Below, one piece after another: positions 62,001-64,000 of a stretch of 64,000 nucleotides of DNA (the stretch's first letter is position 1; every line of letters begins with the position of its first letter). Origin of the DNA: Dicyema japonicum. Taxonomy: Eukaryota > Animalia > Dicyemida. Location: assembly GCA_011109175.1 (NCBI GenBank), contig RDEW01000027.1:858511-922510 (forward strand), read 5' to 3'. Under the pieces are notes generated by a model. The model ran no database searches. It was not told the origin of the DNA and saw only the letters and a list, made by a program, of their open reading frames with translations. The translations under genes and the position numbers were made by a program.

Positions 62001-62044
62001 GATTAATTAATTAAATTTATTAAATCAATTCCAAAGACCACTGT

Positions 62045-62790
62045 TAAACCGAAAAAACTAAACTAAGTGATCCCGACGAATTGGATCAAGGCTCTCATTT
62101 TTTCTCGGTGTTGATCCTTGAGCCTACACAAGTTCGTTGTGGACGAGCACTTTCTTTTTGGCATTGGTGTCCATTCTTGTATTTTTCGATTAGTTTCTCC
62201 ATGGCGTCGGTGATTTAATGTTTTCCCCTGTGTACCATCTCTCCGTTAGCTTGAAGGCCTTTTTCTGGGTTGCGGAGATTTTCTGGATGTTCGTATAAGA
62301 GGCCAGTGGTCCCCATGAAGTACACGCATATGAAATGCATGGTTCGATGTACTGTGAGTAGAGCGCTTTAAGTATAGGGTGATGTCCAATTTTCCATAGA
62401 CCTGTTAGGCATTTCAGAAGGTTGATTTTCTTCTCACATTTGTTCAGCACGTTAGTGACATGTCTCGAAAAGTTCATGTGCGTATCGAAAGTCAGACCCA
62501 ATATTTTTTGCCATTTGCTGAACGGCAATTCTCTTCCCTCCGCAGTAACTTCTACTGTCCTGTTCGACAATCTTTTGCCCGACGTATAGAGTTGTAACCG
62601 ATTTTTCGGTATTGATTGACATCCGATTTTTATTAAACCACTCGAGTAGTCGATCTATGTGGTGTTGTATTCTTTCCGTCGCTGTTTGGGTATTCTGATC
62701 CCGTGAGGCTAAGACGATATCGTCTGCATAAACCAGAAGCAGGTCGTCTTCTCCATTCGGCGTCGGAATGTCAGCCGTAAACAGGTTGAA
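62045..62790 (-). mobile_element. I/Ingi-like LINE RT C-terminal half and 3' end
   Basis: PFNLFTADIP, YADD, KILGLTFD, LYSQYIEPCISYACTSW. Confidence 0.85.
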
Positions 62791-62799
62791 TGGAGATGT

Positions 62800-62990
62800 T
62801 ACTTAAAATACCAAATAACACGGCAGGAAATTTTAACTGCTATAATAAAAACTCAAAAATAACGACGCCACAGGCCCAGAAAACACCAATGGTGAACTTA
62901 TAAAATACGTTCCACGAGAAATATTAATAATGAGTAACATTCTAAGTAAAATGTTCTGCAATTACATCACATTACCTCTTATGAAGGAAA
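62800..62990 (+). mobile_element. RT N-terminal fragment (RTE-like)
   Basis: ITRQEILTAI...NNDATGPE...ELIKY pattern. Confidence 0.5.
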
Positions 62991-63078
62991 CATTGATTTT
63001 TTGCAGAAATTAAAAATAGTAACCACTATATTTGACTTTGATGTGCCACGAATTTGATGTGATCCAAAAAGACAAAAA

Positions 63079-63400
63079 ATGGCCTTTTCACAGTCAAAAT
63101 TTTTAGAATTAGTGTTGAAAACTGGGGAGTCATTACGAGCATTTGAGAACTCTAAAATAAGAAAATGCGGTATTCTCTTTACCAGATTACATGTGCATCC
63201 CGTCGTCGTCGAAACTAGTGAAGTCTTCGGGCCCAAGACAGTCTCTTTTCTAAGATCTCTTTGGTCAATGATATCGAAAGTAACCAATGAGCGACGGGAA
63301 ATCAAATGGTTGTTCCAAAAGATTTCTCTGCCAGCTGTCAGGGGGAACAGCAACTCTATTTTTTCGTTGTTACGTAATAAATTGTTTTTGGTTAAAAAAT
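63079..63400 (+). mobile_element. CRE 3' end
   Basis: PVVVETSEVFG...WLFQKISLPAVRGNSNSI. Confidence 0.7.
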
Positions 63401-63699
63401 GATGGAAATTATTACGATTCTATAACTATTCTGGACGACGATTCTTTTAGGATGATTCGTGTACTGTTTGCCGACACCAAGTTTCTGTGAAGAGGATGCA
63501 CGCAATTCAGATCTTCAGAACAACTATTGAAAACATCTTAAAGCGACTCAATAGCTGCCATTCATTGTCTATCTTTCCTGATGAGGTCCTTACTAGAGCG
63601 TGCTGGGATCACGTGATTAGTAGTTTCATAACCATGGTCTCTGGTGTTATTATTATTATCTTGAAGCAGCACTGAGAGATCTGAGGAAACTAGTTAAAA

Positions 63700-64000
63700 C
63701 GAATTTGATAGCTGAAGTGGTATATGCTGACTTGTATACTTCATCTCTCATGATAAGGCACTTGAAGAACTGCTCAACATAACACCTTGCACCCTTGAAA
63801 AGTTGTCCTTAAAAAATTAACGTGGAGAAAACAGACTATCTAACAATAGGTCGGACAGATAAACCATCCAAACACAAATATTTTTAAACAGAGTCTCAAA
63901 TATTTCTAATACTGCGGGTCCTTGCGGAACACTGGTCGATTTAGCTTCACAGTATCTTCTGAATGAACTGTGAAGCTCCAAACAAATGGAAATTATCACT
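63700..64000 (-). mobile_element. Degenerate LINE RT fragment
   Basis: STSVPQGPAVLE resembles the GVPQGS motif. Confidence 0.45.

Overview
AT-rich animal genomic DNA, not prokaryotic. Host genes are split by very short GT-AG introns (mostly 22-31 nt), so the six-frame ORF track fragments them. Micro-introns, metazoan genes and ciliary genes together suggest a dicyemid-like parasite (inference). Ten host genes were rebuilt by hand: an F-box/kelch protein (FBXO42-like, intronless), INPP5E, WDR74, an orphan protein with repeated LC8-binding-like motifs, ILRUN/C6orf106, VAC14, a roadblock dynein light chain, a disrupted TTC12, a ~13 kb SCO-spondin/hemolectin/gel-forming-mucin-like gene, and ADF/cofilin. 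There is also a tRNA-Ser and a decayed copy. The mucin domain is a tandem array of ~22 units, each a 138-nt exon plus its own ~29-nt intron. Much of the rest is transposon debris: a near-intact RTE LINE inserted at the TTC12 start codon, I/Ingi-like LINE remnants (two with decayed 2A-like peptides), CRE and R4-like remnants, a tRNA-derived SINE family, a Ginger-like element and a triple nest (R4-like < CGGBP-type hAT < Buster hAT). Both hAT transposases carry host-type micro-introns. Scattered single-base indels suggest residual assembly error. Family names come from remembered motifs, not database searches. Boundaries of decayed elements are approximate.
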